From contig CALNYG010000005.1 in assembly GCA_942490825.1 (NCBI GenBank), positions 262,240-326,239 on the forward strand: DNA of 64,000 nt. The letters run 5' to 3'. Made by a program: the position numbers and the translations under genes. Every line of letters begins with the position of its first letter. Position 1 is the stretch's first letter. A model generated the notes under the pieces. The model made no database searches and was not told the DNA's origin. It worked only from the letters and a program-made list of their open reading frames with translations. Below, one piece after another: positions 61,846-64,000 of the stretch. Source of the stretch: Candidatus Moraniibacteriota bacterium (GTDB lineage Bacteria > Patescibacteriota > Minisyncoccia > Moranbacterales > GCA-2747515).

Positions 61846-63609
61846 TTAATCTACTTCACCAACTTTCTGCAAACTCAGAAGTTTAGCATAAATACCACTT
61901 CTATTTTGAGAAAGTTCTGAGTGATCACCTTCTTCAGCAATCTGACCATTTTCAATAACAACAATTTTATCCGCTTTCTTAATCGTACTCAAACGATGGG
62001 CAATAATAATTGTTGTACGACCGTGACTAATTCGTTCCATCGCTTCTTGAATCAATCGTTCACTTTGCGAATCAAGACTACTAGTCGCCTCATCAAAAAC
62101 CAAAATTCTTGGATTAACCAATAACGCCCTTGCAATTCCTAATCTCTGTCGTTGACCGCCAGAAAGTTTTACGCCTCGTTCGCCAACTTTAGTATCATAA
62201 CCATCAGAAATTTTTTGAATAAACTCATCAGCATTAGCCATTTTAGCCGCAGCTTGAATTTCTTCGAAACTTGCTTCCGGTTTAGCATAGGCAATATTTT
62301 CAGCAACGGTTAGGTCGAAAACTTCCACTTCCTGGGGAACGATTGCCATAAATTTACGAAATTTATATAAATCATATTCTCGCAAATCTTTTCCGTCTAA
62401 GAATACGCCTCCAGAACTGGGATCATAATGTCGATAAATCATTCTGGCTAAAGTGGTTTTCCCTCCTCCGGATGGACCAACCAATGCTGTTACGCATCCA
62501 GAATTAATAGTAAGATCTATGTTGCTCAGGGCTTTTTCTTTGGTTCCGGCATACATAAAATCTACTCCACGAAACTCAATTTTACCAACGACTTTTTTCG
62601 GTACAAATCCATCCTTAGGATTTTTGATATCGATTGGGGTATTTAACAGATTGATAAGTCTTTGAACTCCTTCTCTTCCTTCGGCAAGTTTATCGTAAAA
62701 TCTAGATAGTCTGTAAAGTGAAAAATAAGATTTTTCAGAAAGTGTGATTACAAAAATTAATGTACCGACACTAATTTGAGCACTTGCAATTAAGTAAATT
62801 CCAAGTAAGAGAGTTGCACTTCTTCCAAGGTCAATGATTAAATTTCTACTAAGATTTACTTTGCGAATGTAAGCCCATTCTTTTAATTCATTATTTTTGA
62901 TGCCTTTTTTTATTTTAGAAAAATCTTCAACTTCAGCATCTTCTTTAACAAATGATTTTACGGTATTGATATTAATAATAGACTGTATCATTTTTCCAGA
63001 AGCAACTTCATATTCCTTGAATCGTTTTTTTCTGATGGGATGTACTTTTTTATTAACTAAAAAAGTAACCCAAATAAATGTTGGAGCAAAGAAAAGAGTT
63101 GCTGCACCAAGTCGCCAATCAGTAACAAATAATACTATAAGTGTTACGCTCAGCTGAAATATTGTAGGCATGAGTTCAAAAACAAAATTACCCATAAATT
63201 CAACTAAATTAAACACTCCTTTTTCAATCTTGATAATTTTACCTCCGGTGTTTTCGCTTTCGTGATAGCTAAGGGAAAGTTTAACTAACTTTTTATGAGC
63301 TTTTATAGGAAGATAAAATTCAATATCAAGCATCATCTTAAGGATCGTCTTATTACTAAAGTAATCAACTAAAGACTTAGTTTGTTCGCTTAAAAACATT
63401 AAGGCAATTAAAGTGATTACGGCAAAAATTTCTTCAGTGCTAAACGTTATGATTTTATCAATGATAAGTTTCAATAAGTATGGACCAATAAGAGCAACTA
63501 GCTCAAATAAAATTATCAGCATTAAGATCTTTTTGAAATTTTTTTTCGATGGGGAAAGAAGGTCCCAAAGGTTTAGCCAAAAGTTATTTTTTTCACTGGT
63601 TTTTTTCAT
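61846..63609 (-). CDS. ABC exporter, fused permease/ATPase (MsbA/type I exporter-like)
   Basis: 587 aa. Six-TM domain. Walker A GPSGGGKTT, signature LSGGQRQRL, Walker B LVFDEATSSLD. Confidence 0.9.
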   Translation of the reverse strand: MKKTSEKNNFWLNLWDLLSPSKKNFKKILMLIILFELVALIGPYLLKLIIDKIITFSTEEIFAVITLIALMFLSEQTKSLVDYFSNKTILKMMLDIEFYLPIKAHKKLVKLSLSYHESENTGGKIIKIEKGVFNLVEFMGNFVFELMPTIFQLSVTLIVLFVTDWRLGAATLFFAPTFIWVTFLVNKKVHPIRKKRFKEYEVASGKMIQSIININTVKSFVKEDAEVEDFSKIKKGIKNNELKEWAYIRKVNLSRNLIIDLGRSATLLLGIYLIASAQISVGTLIFVITLSEKSYFSLYRLSRFYDKLAEGREGVQRLINLLNTPIDIKNPKDGFVPKKVVGKIEFRGVDFMYAGTKEKALSNIDLTINSGCVTALVGPSGGGKTTLARMIYRHYDPSSGGVFLDGKDLREYDLYKFRKFMAIVPQEVEVFDLTVAENIAYAKPEASFEEIQAAAKMANADEFIQKISDGYDTKVGERGVKLSGGQRQRLGIARALLVNPRILVFDEATSSLDSQSERLIQEAMERISHGRTTIIIAHRLSTIKKADKIVVIENGQIAEEGDHSELSQNRSGIYAKLLSLQKVGEVD

Positions 63610-63680
63610 AGTTTTTTCCTTTAATAATTAACTATTTTTTTCAATAAACTGCCTTAAAATGTTATTTTAGATCAGAAGAT

Positions 63681-63710
63681 AAAAAATCTCGGCTTATGAT
63701 CTAGCCGAGA
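63681..63710 (-). terminator. terminator-like hairpin
   Basis: Stem TCTCGGCT/AGCCGAGA (63687-63710), followed on the minus strand by T6. Overlaps the stop codon of the peptidase fragment. Confidence 0.5.
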
Positions 63711-64000
63711 CAGTTTTTTGAAAAGTTTTGATTTTATTTCTAAGAAAATTTAAATAAAAATTCATCAAACTTACAAAAACCACCTTGCTACAAGCACTTT
63801 GAGCTATTACATTGGAATAGACTACTCGAGGAGCATCCGGAATATCTAGTTCACGACTACGATACACTTGAAAAGCATGGCCTGCTTCATGCGTTAAAAC
63901 ATCAATATCACCTGATGTTCCATTAAAATTAGAAAAAATAAATGGTGCTTTATAATCCTCAATAAAGGTAAAATAGCCGCCACTCTCTTTCCCCTTTTCG
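63694..64000 (-). CDS. M3-family oligoendopeptidase (PepF-like), partial at window edge and apparently truncated soon after the HExxH motif
   Basis: Minus-strand translation: ...GKESGGYFTFIEDYKAPFIFSNFNGTSGDIDVLTHEAGHAFQVYRSR.... Only about 60 further codons follow before the stop at 63694-63696, and they look unlike the expected family C-terminus. Confidence 0.55.
   Translation of the reverse strand, partial: EKGKESGGYFTFIEDYKAPFIFSNFNGTSGDIDVLTHEAGHAFQVYRSRELDIPDAPRVVYSNVIAQSACSKVVFVSLMNFYLNFLRNKIKTFQKTVSARS

Noticed and set aside
1-64000. Alternative genetic code (UGA recoded, as in some candidate phyla)
   Set aside because: All conserved genes are full length under code 11. Trp is encoded by TGG, and TGA is used as a genuine stop, e.g. 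the M1 methylase stop in ATGA at 54051-54054.

Overview
AT-rich bacterial chromosome segment (about one-third G+C by eye, not computed). It uses the standard code 11: conserved genes are full length, and TGA acts as a stop, e.g. the ATGA overlap at 54051. Gene content resembles a small-genome Patescibacteria/CPR-like organism; that is inference from content only. Housekeeping genes: tig, clpP, gpmI, rplS plus 5 tRNAs, rluD-like, xth, trmB, engB, sufCBD, ddl, xseAB, 2-oxoacid:ferredoxin oxidoreductase, tatD, rsmA, murD fusion, grx/trxB, rpiB, rpe, gdhA. Accessory content: an IS256-family element with identifiable inverted ends, a HicB/HicA-like pair, a HEPN-motif two-gene cassette, an M-R-M type IIS (AlwI/BstNBI-family) restriction-modification locus, MacAB-type and MsbA-type ABC exporters, a 1569-aa LTD/Ig/PKD surface protein and DKNYY proteins. 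The most unusual feature is in the noncoding DNA. Nearly every long intergenic region is assembled from a small set of reusable palindromic modules. These are a ~160-bp nested-palindrome element (at least 13 copies), a 16-nt GC-rich box (14 copies, 12 in one orientation), a 20-nt GC-rich mini-palindrome found in filled versus empty versions of the other repeats, and several hairpins with compensatory substitutions. Five genes are broken by a frameshift in a homopolymer, each needing one extra base, which suggests systematic homopolymer under-calling. Nothing here was checked against a database.
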